From: Tubulanus polymorphus
Lineage: Eukaryota > Animalia > Nemertea
DNA: 64,000 nt
Assembly (NCBI RefSeq): GCF_964204645.1
Contig: NC_134031.1
Span: 3,410,001 to 3,474,000, forward strand
Reading direction: 5' to 3'
The translations under genes were made by a program, and so were the position numbers. The notes beneath the pieces are model-generated. The model was not told the DNA's origin, searched no databases, and saw only the letters and a program-made list of their open reading frames with translations. Shown here piece by piece: positions 26,501-39,019 of this stretch (the first letter of the stretch is position 1; every line of letters starts with the position of its first letter).

Positions 26501-27543
26501 GACGCTTTATAAAATGTTGAGAAACTTAATCAGGTTAAAAGACCAAAGTTGAGCACAGTGTAGTCAGTAACCTGTCTGTGGTTTAGTTTCACGATCGGAT
26601 ATTTTCACAAACAACATACATCAAAATTGGATTATTTCGAAAGGTACCTGTGTTAGTTTGTGAATTAAGCCATTAATTGTGGACTGAAGTGAATAGAAAG
26701 TATATTTTTGAAGTGTTACTTTTTTAAACCGTGTTTTGGCCCTTGTCATCCCTAACGGTGGTATAAGCCCATCCGATTATAAAAAGCTTACCACCAACGA
26801 TTAGGTAACTAACTAAGCACAGTGGTACATCAAAACTTAAACGAGGGTATAAGTGGATCCGGTACGAGGTGACTCGGGTACAAGGAGATGACTGTATGAT
26901 GAGATAGTGAAAGTAGAACGTCGGTTTTTCCAGTACGCTGTGGCTACTCGTACGGACCCGTACGGATTACTCTGGAGACTATTCGTACGGGACTAGGATC
27001 TGTACGCTAATAACTGTCGCTGATTGGCCGATTAACGCCGCGCATGCGTACAGAGGTGCACGACTTAGAAAATTCAAGGAAAGTGTGGAGAATAGAATTA
27101 GAGAAAAATAGCGGATAGAGCGAGACTCGATCCCGGGCCATCAAATTACTAGCGCAGCATTGTACCACTAGACCACCGAGCTCGCTGACAGTCGGTCGAA
27201 TGTTTTAACTACATATATCCTCACCTTACCCTAACCCTATCCCTTCCCGTATACATAATTCCAGAGTTATCCGACGGGTGCGTACGAATAGCCTATGGAA
27301 TTATTCGTACGGGTCCGTACGAGTAGCCACTTCGTTTCCAATATTACAAGTGTCAGTGACGACTTACCGCCCATCCCTCGGTGCCGTACGGATAACGATC
27401 CACGTGTATTTCCATCCACCAGTTAACAGATACCCTACGAACGCAGCCAGAACGGATAAACCGATTGACAGTCCGGTGTAAATATGCAGGCCGAACACAG
27501 CGACCAGGAAAATAACGAATTTAACGATAGATTTTGAAGCCAT
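20553..27543 (-). CDS. SLC27A4: Long-chain fatty acid transport protein / very-long-chain acyl-CoA synthetase (FATP1/4-like), 11 exons
   Basis: Exons 27543-27368, 26119-25731, 25241-25077, 24557-24488, 23991-23790, 23312-23120, 22816-22673, 22155-22015, 21589-21425, 21228-21082, 20710-20553. Contains AMP motif [51 protein letters not shown] and ends [11 protein letters not shown]27A1 versus SLC27A4 orthology is not resolvable. Confidence 0.96.
26940..27330. mobile_element. Unclassified non-autonomous TIR element with internal tRNA-like and telomere-like segments
   Basis: About 50-bp inverted repeats gtggctactcgtacggacccgtacg... / ...cgtacgggtccgtacgagtagccac in FATP intron 1. Confidence 0.75.
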
Positions 27544-28202
27544 GATTGATGAATGAACGCCTTCACTTATTAGACGACCCAATTTAAACGTTAAACTTCG
27601 GGGCTCTTGCATGCAAATATCGATTGGGTATTGATTTATTGACACATTGTGACCCGTAGGTTGTTGATATGGGTATTTTTCGTCGATTAAAAACTAGTTT
27701 ATCTATCCCAACCCAATCAATCCGCGACAGCTATAATCGAGCGGAGCGCCGTCTACCGATTTTCATTCACAACTTCCCTAATGCGGATCGATTCCAGTTT
27801 TAACTTAACTTATTCAAGTCAATTTAGTCAAAAAGTCAATTTTGGCATAATCTTCATAAGATTTTTAATAATTTCAATCCTCCGCGCACTTGGCTGTGTT
27901 GTAGTATTCAATAAACATATGGATTCCCATTTTTTGTGAAGTTGATTCATGTTTTTGCGCCTCGGTATTTTGTAAGTTTCATATTAAATTTTTTCATTAA
28001 AAGTTAGCCATTAACTCAAACCCAATATTCTTTTAATTCGAGTTTCGCAATATGATAAATATAGTGAAAAATTGAATTGATCTCAATGCCATAAATAAAG
28101 TTATTATTGAATTTAATTGGAAATCCTCACGTGCCAGTATCGAAATTATCGAAACGAAAGAAAGGTGCATTTAGTTAAATTTCGCCGCTAGTAAAGTGAA
28201 AT

Positions 28203-30007
28203 ATGTCATCATACACAACAACCGAGGTACGAATATCGATAAGATGATAGCCAAAATAAGAAATTAGCAAATAAATAGCAGTACTGTCCAGATATAGCAT
28301 TTTTCGTGAAGAAAATGATTGCCATGTGAGGGGATTTGGGTTCGAATCCTGAATTAAAATCCAAACTGAAAGTTCGATTATTTTTTTTCCATATTCCTAA
28401 TTAGTTAAAAGCTGATGTAGACGAATTGAAAAAATTCTTGACCGACGCCCAACGTAAACGAGTGAAAGAACTGCTGAGCATTGAGGTACGAAAGCTCGAG
28501 ACGGAACTTTCAAAGAAGTTAGAAGAAGAATCCAAAAATGGAAACGCATCTGAGTCGGTGAAGAAAGCTACTACTCCTATTGTTAGTTCAGGCTGTTCCA
28601 AAACAATCACTAATTATGGTATGAAAAACTTGTAGCTTATTCTAGATCAGTTGAATCCAAATTTCTGCACTTTCGCTACCTACTTAAGTACATGCAAATA
28701 CGTCTTATTTCGTTTTCATAGGCTGGGATCAATCGGACAAATTTTTCAAAATATACGTCACTCTCAACGGTGTTCAGAATTTAGAAAAAGACCAAGTCGT
28801 TTCAAATTTCACTGAAAGGTATGAAATTAGAAAAAACTGGTGGACAGTGTTTGTATTTTGATAATGCAATAAAAATGGATCTTTTTCGATATTTTAGATC
28901 AGTAAAATTGCAAGTAAACAATTTGAACGGGGAAAATCATTGTTTATCAATTGGAAACTTGCACAGTAACATTTCTCCCAGCGGTAGTTACCACAAAGTA
29001 AGTTAGATCCTACTGATGGTGTAATAGTAGAATAGCCACACTTGGATATCCCAGTTTATACACATTTAAAAGTGGTCAGAAGAATTGTAGTATTTTAGAC
29101 GATAATGAACTGGATATTGCTTGCTTGCTAAGAGTTTGAAATAACATAGATATTGCTTGCTTGCTAATAGTTTGAAATTAATATAGTTTATTAAGAATCG
29201 GAAAGAGATTCAAAAGAGTAGTATTTTACAGAATGTTCTTTTATAATCTGGATTCTTTCCAGAAAGTTCCATATGGTTAGAGTTGTACTATCAAGTTCTG
29301 GAATATTCTAAAATCCTGATCTGTTCTAATGTTTTGTAAGGAGTTTTGTGTTGTAGGAAGAAATATATGACCCAGAAAAAGTAAATGGAACTGGAAGAAA
29401 TTGATATTTTGTGTATTTCTGCAATATCTCATCGATTCTTTGCAGGTAAAAACTGATTGCATATTGTTGATGTTAAAGAAACAAGATGCCGGAAAGAAGT
29501 GGGAAAATGTCACTCCGGTCACCAAAACTAAAACCGACACGTAAGTTGAGTTAAGCCCAGAAATAACAGGATTTTCTGAAACTGTTCAGTTTGAATAAAC
29601 CATCGTTTTTATATCCATTTTATGCTGTATTAAAGGATTGCTATAGTCTATTTTAACTCATTTGAATCAGAGAAAAGAGACTCCATTTTTTAACTAAATC
29701 AATTTTAACAGTATCGTTCCATGCTTACCATTTGAAATTACGATGTGATGTGTTTGTAAAGGATACCAAATCAAAAACCGGATGAATAGAAATTGTTGGT
29801 ATGAAACATAATGAGCCGCCGTACTATTTTTTCAGCCCAGCCTCAGCTCCGAATCTCGGCGATGACAGCGACCCTAGTGCCGGAATTATGAACCTGATGA
29901 AAAAGATGTACGAGGAAGGCGACGACGAAATGAAACGAACGATCAACAAGGCATGGTCGGAATCACAGGATAAGAAAAATGCCGGTCTTGGGGAAATGCC
30001 GATGTGA
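28203..30007 (+). CDS. CACYBP: Calcyclin-binding protein (Siah-interacting protein), 6 exons
   Basis: Exons 28203-28226, 28405-28618, 28722-28818, 28898-28997, 29446-29540, 29836-30007. N-terminal helical hairpin ([11 protein letters not shown]), CS domain ([15 protein letters not shown]), SGS domain ([29 protein letters not shown]). Confidence 0.95.
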
Positions 30008-32762
30008 TGCGTGGATCGACGTGGAACCCCCTCTATGTCACTTATATTAGGCTAACTGTCATCAACGTGCAGCCCAAACATGTTTGTCTCATCTGCATCA
30101 TGTAATTATGTGACATCATAATTGAATCTGAGTTGGAATAAAATGTACATAAAAAATTGAGAATTTTTGCTGTTGTTTTAGTTTCTCATTGAGGTAAAAT
30201 CTGTGTGCTGTGGTCAGGATCAAAATCTGTGCGTGGGGCCAAGTTTTACGAAGAAGTCAACTAAAGAATTTGCTGTTGGATGCTTCATGTTTTCAAGTGT
30301 GAGTGCCTCCCACACCATAGTAGGATTAAAATCTCTGATGAGTTGTCACGAAAGTATTTCTGAAAGAAATCATGAAATATAATATTTATTGTGTTTGATT
30401 CTATGTCTCGATTATTTTACATTAGAATATGATGAGGGGACTCGGACTCTGAAGTTTTTAGGTTAAGACATGCAACAACGGAATCAATTGACAGAAAGAC
30501 ATCGAAGAATATTTAATAAATGCCAGTGTTCAATGAACACGTTCACCCTCAGCTGGGGACTTGAATGAATCATTGTGTATTTTGGGTTTTTATCTTATTA
30601 TCCCGTTCACCACGTTTGAGTATGGTTATTGTACTGAATTGTATATTTTTTTCGAACAAAAGTCCAGACCATCGAAGCTTTGGACTTCTAGTGCGGTGTC
30701 AGAATCTGATATTTAGATCAAATTATGGAACCAGGTGCAGCTGAAAAATAGCGCTTTTTTCACTGATTTTTCTGACGTTTTGAAGAAAAACGAAATAACA
30801 TGTTTTTGGATCTTCAAGTCACAGAGAAAAATAAAAGTAGTGAAAATTGCTATTAGAAGCGCTACTTTTCAGTGGTAACGAAAAAGTCCATCTCGTAACG
30901 TGACAGGTATCCATCTGAATCATCTGATTATATATAAGCTTGTTTAGGTAGCCTAACTAACTACCCCAGACCAACCCCTCAGCTCAGGGCATCTAGACAG
31001 GATGGGTCTAAGAAGACGCATCACACTTGACTCACTACAGCATCCAAGGCCCTTCAACCAGTCCTGTAGTGTGGCCGTCTCCACAGGATCTACGACGTTG
31101 CTCCTAGTGTACCCACCTGTGGTACATCACACACATCAGGTTCTTGGTGAACCAAGGCCCTAGCAATAGCATTAACTAAATAATTAAAGCCTGTCTAAAA
31201 TGGACTGTATACATCGACAAATATGCATTCAGTTGAGAAGAAATCAATTTTTTTTCGGTACAGAGCTAATAAAAAGACACTATAGCCTATGCTTGATATT
31301 TCATTTTTTAGAGAACGAAAAACAGAACCAACTATGCTAATTTTTAAAATCATTCTAAAAAATAATTTCTAATTGTCCAGATCGAATGTAAAATACAATT
31401 TGACTCATTCACACCAGATGATGGCGCAAAAGGTGAATATGAATGAATATATATTTTCTCAAATGTACAATACATAATATCATAAATAACTAGTATACGT
31501 TACATGATTACTGAATCTATACATTCAAGCTGGACAAGGTTGAAGATGATAGAAAACCACTGACTGGTGAACTCAAACAAAGTTAAGAGTAGTTAATTAA
31601 CTAAACAAATAAAATCAAAAATTTCAAACAAACATTTATTCTCATACAACAATTATACATAATGCCAGATTTGTGCTCGAGGGATTATAATGTACGCTCC
31701 TCAAACACGTTGACTGTATTTCAAAAACAGTCCAATCATGGACGCATAAACTATAAACTTGAGTTTGTACATCCATGGTCCAACCATAGACTCTAAAACA
31801 GAAACGTCTATGGCCCACAACCATGGACTCGGCTCCCCGCACTAAAACCAGAGATAAACCTGGCCAAGTTCTCTGGAAAGCGTACAAATATAATAATACA
31901 GTTCTGTTAATAGTCATTTGTACGCAGAACACCGCTTAACATTATGGTCCAACGTGAACTCGAGCTGTTAATGTTATGCATCGATCTACTCTAAAATGTT
32001 TGGTACAACTTTAAAGGCGCACCGGTCAGTTGGTCCATAAAAACATCTGTACTGGTCAGTCGTCCATAAAAATCATAAGATACATGTATATGATTTCCTA
32101 GATCAAAGAAAATGGTTTCCAAACAAATGTTATAAAAGCATAGCCAGTATGTACAGAACTGTAGGTGCGGCCCCGCGCTTTTTGGCCAAGTCGTGATTTC
32201 TAAAACATCATTGAAGTCCAAAAACGAGAATATAACGCATATTACCTCTCTAATTACGTCTTTTATGTTAAGTCTAAAATTTATGACATATTTTCACACA
32301 TACAACTTTTTAAAATCCTGACTACTTAAACGTTCAGGCTAAGCACATTATTTCACGCAGAGGAAGTATAAAATGAATCACTATTTCTAAGATTGATAGA
32401 AGACTAAAAGACCAATTCATCCAATCATGGCAGGCTGATATGGAGAACAGGTTTATATGTCATTATCACAAAACATTCAAAGCTATGCATAAATAAGTAT
32501 GAAAATTATCTGAACTTAAGTTCACAAATGTTGATATTGTATCTCAGTTCAGGTGCAACTCAACTGACCTATGAATCGAAACTATAGGCGGTAGATGCAA
32601 TCAATTAAACAGCGTCACCAACCTGACTTAACTATTCTATCTACCACTACAATTATTAAGGCTGTAATCTGGTAGATTTTGTGAACTACATTTCTGACTA
32701 GACCAGTTTGTACAAGTGTGAAGCATAAAAAATAAATCAGTACTTTACTATAATTTGAAGTC

Positions 32763-33050
32763 CACTATTGTCTCTGTTGCTCCTTAGTGTTTATAAGATT
32801 CACTAGCTGCTCTTCAAGTGTTTATAAGAGGCACTAGCTGCTCCTCGAGTGTTTATAAGGTGCATTAGCTGCTCCTGAGTCAGTGTTTATAAGATGAACT
32901 AATATCTGCTCCGGAATCAGTGTTTATAAGATACACTATTGTCTCTGCTGCTCCTGGTTCAGTGTTTTTAAGATGCGCTATTGTCCATGCAGCTCCTCGA
33001 GTGTTGATGGGATCCGCTACTGCTGCTCCTGAATCAGTGTTGATAGAAAT
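32763..33050. repeat. Degenerate minisatellite, about 8 units of 31-42 bp
   Basis: Recurrent cacta(g)ctgctcc...agtgtttataaga. Confidence 0.8.
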
Positions 33051-34171
33051 CCACCATCATTTATTTAGGAAATCCATCGTTGGGCGATAACTCGCTGCTG
33101 CTGGCAGTTTTCATCGGCATCAGTAGTTGTCTACTTCGGGTTGTCGTTTACCAATCGAAGACCATTATTTCCAGGATAGAGTTTAGCTGAAATAAGAAAA
33201 AAAGAACATCCTTTGAGGCAGATGATCCTAACGAGCATTGATAATAATTTACACGTTAATTTGAATTATACTGGCTGCCATGTTTTTGGTAAAGGAAAAT
33301 TCATCAAAATTCACTGCGGTTTAAAACCCCAATAATTAATAAGTTTAGCAGCATTTATAATACATCACTGTTTAAGACTAGTGACGGTAGAATAAAAGGC
33401 CGGATATGAGATCAGCCGTGCGGACCATTACATGTAAAGGTCTGAAATGTCTGTCCTAGAAGAATTTCACATCATTAAAATCCATCTTTATTCTAGATAT
33501 TTAAACAATCCATTAATTATTGAGCTATATAGCTATAGTTTAAGTTATAGTTTGTTTCGGCAATTTGACTGCCTATATCCTAGTAAGCCTACTAATAATT
33601 ACCCTACATTTTAATTGTCAGCTATACAATATTCCTATTATCAAATAACCCTGAAATAAAAAATCAACTTAGCGTTTTATCAAGACTACCAGGTTCAGTT
33701 TCGTAAGGTCTCTTGGTGTTTTGTTGAGTTGAATTCAAGCTGGAGTCTACCGTGGTCACTTCTTGTCGGTAGGATCTCGATGGCTTATGCATCTCATGCT
33801 GGGCCTTTCCAGATTCAAGTTTAGCTGAATGAGTAAAAGAACGACATTCAGTAGTAACGCAATTCTTTGATTAATTGTAATTGACATGACCAGGAGAAGC
33901 ATCCTGGTGTTCTCGTCATCTTCTTAATCATGGTGGGCCTGTTCCGATTAAATTTAGCCGAAATGAGAATAAGAACAACATTCAGTAGTCAAACAATTCT
34001 TTGATTAATTGTAATTGACATGTGTATCAACTTAACTTTCTCAAGATTGCAGAGTTCAGCGTCTTCTTGTTGTAGCATCGTGTATCCGTCATCTTCTGTC
34101 CTCTTGGGGCGTCGTCGTCTTCTGGGGGAGTCCTGAAAAAGAAAAAAAGAACAGAGATGAAAACCTGGCAC

Positions 34172-34390
34172 GGAACAAAACTAATGTCCGAAAGCTTTTC
34201 AACTCTCCGTCGCCGGTCACATGCCGAGAACACCAGACAATGAGCCAGCCAGGAATATACTGCCCTCTAGACGCCCTCACACAGAATGCGAAAACCAGAA
34301 TGACAACGCCTCACATTCCCCATCTAACTGCAGGATGTACTGGGCGACATCAGTAACTGACAAACCTGTAAGATTGGTCGAAACACAAAT
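34172..34390 (+). mobile_element. Decayed 3' fragment of an RTE-like non-LTR retrotransposon
   Basis: Inverted homologue of the 34948-34735 fragment, sharing the start ggaacaaaactaatgtccgaaagc. Confidence 0.6.
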
Positions 34391-34434
34391 AGCGCAGTAC
34401 AACCAGCTTGCCCGATTTGAGATTCAGGATCTCA

Positions 34435-34715
34435 ACTAGCACTCAAAGGCGTGACAAGAGACTTCATCCCTGCCCGAGGTAGTCACAAGGACTCAATGAA
34501 ACTAGCACTCACAAGCCGACAAGAGACTTCATCTCTGCCCGAGGTTGTCACAAGGACACAATGAAAATTAGCACTCAAACTAGAAATCAAAGGGCGTGAC
34601 AGTAGAATCATCCCTCGGCCGACTCAGAATACCAGAAACAAAGAAGGGCGTGACAGTAGAATCATCCCTAATCCGAGTGGTCACAAGGACCAATGAATGC
34701 TAGTGGCGTGACAGT
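34435..34715. repeat. Tandem repeat of about 65 bp (about 4 degenerate units)
   Basis: actagcactc...gcgtgacaagagacttcatccctgcccgaggtagtcacaaggac..aatgaa repeated. Confidence 0.8.
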
Positions 34716-34734
34716 CCAGTATAACCACTCCATT

Positions 34735-34948
34735 TGTATCCCGCGCAATCCCACAGATATGCCCATCATTGACATCCCTCAGCACACTTTGTAGATAGGT
34801 GGGGGGCAGTGAGGCCTTGTCATCCTGGTTTTCGTGTTCCGTGTGAGGGCGTGTAGAGGGCAGAATTTCCTGACCGACTCTTTGTCTGACATCCTCGACA
34901 CATGACCGGCGAAGGAGAGTTGACGCTTTCGGACATTAGTTTTGTTCC
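34735..34948 (-). mobile_element. Decayed 3' fragment of an RTE-like non-LTR retrotransposon
   Basis: Translates, with a frameshift and a stop, as VRKRQLSFAGHVSRMSDKESVRKF/ALYTPSHGTRKPG*, resembling the C-terminal R.RQL..GH..RM...P..G.R..GR region of RTE-clade ORFs. Confidence 0.65.
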
Positions 34949-36284
34949 AGCAAACGTTGAAATTCGACAGAGAAATCGGCCCTGAAAAATAGAACAGATT
35001 AGAACCTGAAAAATAGAACGGATTAATAAACACGGAACAGTACAGGACAGTACGGAGACGAACAGTAACACATAAAACATAAAGACGTCGTTCCTCAGGA
35101 AGCAGGAACAGGAGCGCAGCGAAGATCGCCAGGATCATGATCGCCAGGAGAATCCACGGAAGCATGTCTGCACAGTGTGCGATAGCGGAGGTGAATAATT
35201 TCCTATGCTTTACACACTGTGGTCAGCCGGTGACGTATTCCAATTGTGATCAATAGCGCGTGAAAAACCGCAATTGTGTCTCTTTATCGTTGAATGGAGT
35301 TATCGAAGGTTCAACTGCCGTGTTGAACACGCGCCAGTAGCCAGCTGATTCGTGGAACTTAAATAAGGCCATAGAAATAAGTTACTTGATTCCCAACAGC
35401 TCCCCCTTTTTTTCTTAAATTTTAGAATAATTTATTGAAATCGACGAATAAAAACATTAACATTTATTGATGAAAACCTCTAGCTTTATTTCTCATAGAT
35501 GCATAGCTTCCCCGAAGTGGTGACAATTCCAAGTTCAAGGCTAAACAAAAATGATACTTTGTTTCTTCGCAGCGGCCGGGTTATTTTGGTTAGATATAAT
35601 AAAATTTGTAATCAGTTCCTGCCGGGTCTTTTATAGGGTTATGGTACTATAAATTGATCACGATTTTAAAAACAGTGTAAGGCCTACAGGCCTGGTAGGA
35701 CCCCGTCTGTCTGTCAATAGAGGGAGACATCCTCTGAAATTCTGCCAAAGACTTCTTTACCATTCATAATCTGAAAAAAAAATTTCTTTAATTTTGATAC
35801 TGGAGTAAACGGTAAATCATTACACGTATTGTTGAAGGAAATGTATAGTAACTCGTAAAACATTTAAGTCGTAATTCGTAAAACTCGTAAGTCCGTATGG
35901 CCCTTGAGGAATTCCATATCAAAGTCATCGTATCAGTATTTTTATGGTCAAACGTATGTTAAAAGTCGTCCTTTCTAAAATTTGTTATCCGAAGTTTCAA
36001 TTTTCGCGTATTGAAGCCTCCCGGCGTGCATTAGGGCCTTGTAGCCAATTAGACTGGTTGCCTGTCCCCTTCAATAATGTAAATGGAGACCGGTAACCAG
36101 TCTAATATCCAATTACCGGTTAATCAATCCAACCCAAATCAAATTTTATTCCAGCGGGCCAGATCCTAGCCAGTTAGTGTAAGCTTACAGCTTTGCAGCT
36201 TTGTAGTTGTTGGTTATAGGCTTCTAACTGATTGACGATCATCAATTTGAAGAATTGCTAACCGTTAGATCAACAGCCTAGCCC

Positions 36285-36493
36285 GGTAAAAGTGCAGATC
36301 CGCACCTCTCCGCGTAAACGGTTCAACCAATTACAATAAATATCATTGTTTCAGATTCAAAATGTCAGTCATCAGCAATTCAGTACGATTGCCATTGGTT
36401 AATTTTAATATATCTTCAGTAGAAAGATTTTAGCCTGGATTCTGTCATTCTGCAGAATGTCAATCACGAGAGGTGCGGATCTGCACTTTTACC
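36285..36493. mobile_element. MITE with 8-bp TSD and GGTAA termini (Merlin-like)
   Basis: Perfect 26-bp TIR ggtaaaagtgcagatccgcacctctc; CCTAGCCC at 36277-36284 and 36494-36501. Confidence 0.8.
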
Positions 36494-36589
36494 CCTAGCC
36501 CTACCACCAGTAGGTGAATCAAAGCCAATTGTTACAGGCTAATCGCCTAAATTTTTTTAATATAATTTTGCAATTATGTATTTCAACTT

Positions 36590-36848
36590 GGTCATCCTTA
36601 TTACCGAGATGACGTATTTTACCGAGATCAACCGAGATGAAATTAAATATAACATTTATTTATTCCTTATCGATTTTAACACTTGAAATCATATTACATC
36701 AAATGCCTGCTGGAATCATATTTTATACTTCACTGATATAACATGATTTCAAGTGTTAAAATCGATAAGGAATAAATAACTATGCTATATTTAATTTCAT
36801 CTCGGTTCATCTCGGTAAAATACGTCATCTCGGTAATAAGGATGACCC
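36590..36848. mobile_element. Fold-back MITE with 9-bp TSD (Mutator-like)
   Basis: About 110-bp near-perfect TIRs; TTTCAACTT at 36581-36589 and 36849-36857. Confidence 0.8.
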
Positions 36849-37062
36849 TTTCAACTTGCTTGTTGTCGGGTGTTTCAGTCAGTTTTGTTGGTACACCAGG
36901 TCTTAAAATATCTGTGACTGCAGTAGTCATATAAAGACATATGGAACTGCCTGAGTTATATGGCATCCAATATGTTATAAATTTAAAAGTGATTATACCT
37001 TTTCCTTTTTATTTTAGACTTTGCGACATTCGTTGCACTGGACACTGAATTCTTATGAAAAT

Positions 37063-38737
37063 ATGTTGAAAGTACTGGCGCTACCCGGATCAATCGCCAC
37101 CAGATGTCGCCAGCAGTTATTGATCACGATCAATCGGTTGTCTTCCAGCTATGATAATAAAAAAACGTTGTCGTCTTCGAGTAAAGTTTACGATTCGAAG
37201 TCGCCGCAGCTGAACGAGGTCACTCGCTATGAAGCGTACGAAGATTTCGCGGCACCTTCGCCTTACAAAAAACCCGGTCCGCGTCGACATGGTTTTCGCT
37301 CTAATTATTACACAGGAGGTATGAGATTTATTTATAGCAGTAAAACTGTTTCGGAAATGGCTCATAGGACTGAGTCGAAACGTTTCATGCTCTTGTTATT
37401 TCTTTTGGGCTTTTCTTCAATTAATTTAGAGTGTTGTCTATTGAAACTTAATTAGGTTTTGTTTCAATTGAAAATCATTTTCTATTTGTGGCATAAAATG
37501 ACTCAAATGACCGATTAATGATGAGAACTATTCCCGAATGGAAATACTTGGTCCTCAGGTGTGCAATCTAAAAAATCTTGATTGCATTTTGTGACTAAGA
37601 CTTGATCTCTACATATCGACTATCGCTGTATTTCAGCTAATCTCACATCCATTCTGCTATTATTTTAATCGATTTTCTCATTTTTATTCGCAGGTCCAAT
37701 GCCGAGGCTCGACGGTCCAGATGTGAAACCTCTGCCGCATAAACCGGTTAAAATAAAGACTCCTTGGCAACAGAAAAAATCTTTCACATTCGGACAGAAT
37801 GATTATATAGGTAAAAAAATCCTTCTCGATAGGGGATATGTTCTCTACAACAGGGGCCAGTTCAATAGACTGGTATCAACATTAACCCGGGGGGGGGCTA
37901 ACTCAATTGAAAATGCATTGAGTTAGCCCCCGGGTTAAAGTTAATACCAGTCTATAAAATTGTCCCCAGGACCCAGTTTCACGAAAAAGTTTATGCCTAA
38001 AACGGCTAAGTTTGAATTGTTGTCGTCATTGAAAACTTGATGTAACCAAAGGCAATTACACCAAAAATTTGAGTTTAACTTTTTTGTGAAACCGAGCCCA
38101 GGGGTTTATACTGTGTTGGAGTCTTATGATGCAGGGGTTTTTACCATGATTGAGTCTCATGATGCCGTCAGGGGCCAGTTGCTCAAAAGTTGGTTTAAGA
38201 TATCCAGTAGATAGATACCATAGTAACAGTGAAGTTTCAATCTTCACTATGTCAACTATCCACTACTGGTTAACTCTAACTTTTGAGCAACTGTAACCCC
38301 AGGTTTAAAACCCTGGATCTAGTTCCACAGTAGTGAGTTAGAGTTAACTCTGAGTAAAAATTAGTTAATTTTCAATGAGTTAACTCAGGGTCAAATTTTA
38401 ACTCCGAACTGTGGAACTGGACCCTGCTGTAGGACGGCGTTGAATCCGATCGATAATGCCGCGCGATCTTTTCCGTATTTCAGATATACTCGGCGAAGGT
38501 ACGCTAAAACCTCGCAACTTGATTCGCGGGCCGCAGTGGCTGATCGGTTTCCGCGGTAATGAACTGCAGCGTCTCGTGCGGCGGATGAATTTCGAGGGGG
38601 AATATTTAAAAGAGTTTTACCCGACGAATTATCACAGCATGGCGAAACGTGTTCACTACGTGTATAAACGATATAACAGACGTCGACACCGATATCACGG
38701 ACACAAAACATCGAATCAAGTTCGAGACAATAGATAA
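37063..38737 (+). CDS. MRPL51: Mitochondrial ribosomal protein mL51, 3 coding exons
   Basis: Exons 37063-37318, 37694-37810, 38484-38737. Basic presequence-like N-terminus; FGQNDYIDILG and GPQWLIGFRGNELQRLVR motifs typical of invertebrate mRpL51. Confidence 0.9.
37854..38423. mobile_element. Array of four different CWG-flanked MITEs in mRpL51 intron 2
   Basis: Elements at 37854-37966, 37970-38098, 38172-38299 and 38316-38423, each with its own TIRs and bounded by CAG/CTG. Confidence 0.8.
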
Positions 38738-38860
38738 TAGTATTAGATCGATTAATAAATGTATTGTGTAGTATACAATTCTTGTTCAGTTGTTTGTGAT
38801 GGTTTGGTAGTTTGCACACGGGTCTTTGCTGAAGACCTATTTATAAAGAACCTAGGCAAA

Positions 38861-39019
38861 GTGACGAGAGAAATACCACAATGATTCAGTCCCGAGATTA
38901 AAAATACTTGAATAGCAGAGAATCTATGAAGAGAATTTATTAATTTGCTCTTAATAAATTCTCTGCTATTCAAGTATTTTTAGTCTCTTACTGAATGGTT
39001 GTGGGATTTTTCTCGTCAT
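38861..39019. repeat. Long imperfect palindrome (probable MITE) downstream of mRpL51
   Basis: gacgagagaaat...aaaaatacttgaatagcagagaat / attctctgctattcaagtattttt...tttctcgtc. Confidence 0.7.

Noticed and set aside
27110-27183. tRNA-Thr(AGT)-like sequence as a functional tRNA gene
   Set aside because: Anticodon and acceptor stems do not pair and the T-loop is altered; treated as part of a repeat.
32900-33050. DSGAAV / DSGADIS peptides in a minus-strand frame resembling a retroviral protease motif
   Set aside because: They arise from the minisatellite unit; they lack the preceding hydrophobic residues and any gag/pol context.
32763-34715. Repeat arrays considered as CRISPR-like
   Set aside because: Eukaryotic context, degenerate tandem units without unique spacers, no cas genes.
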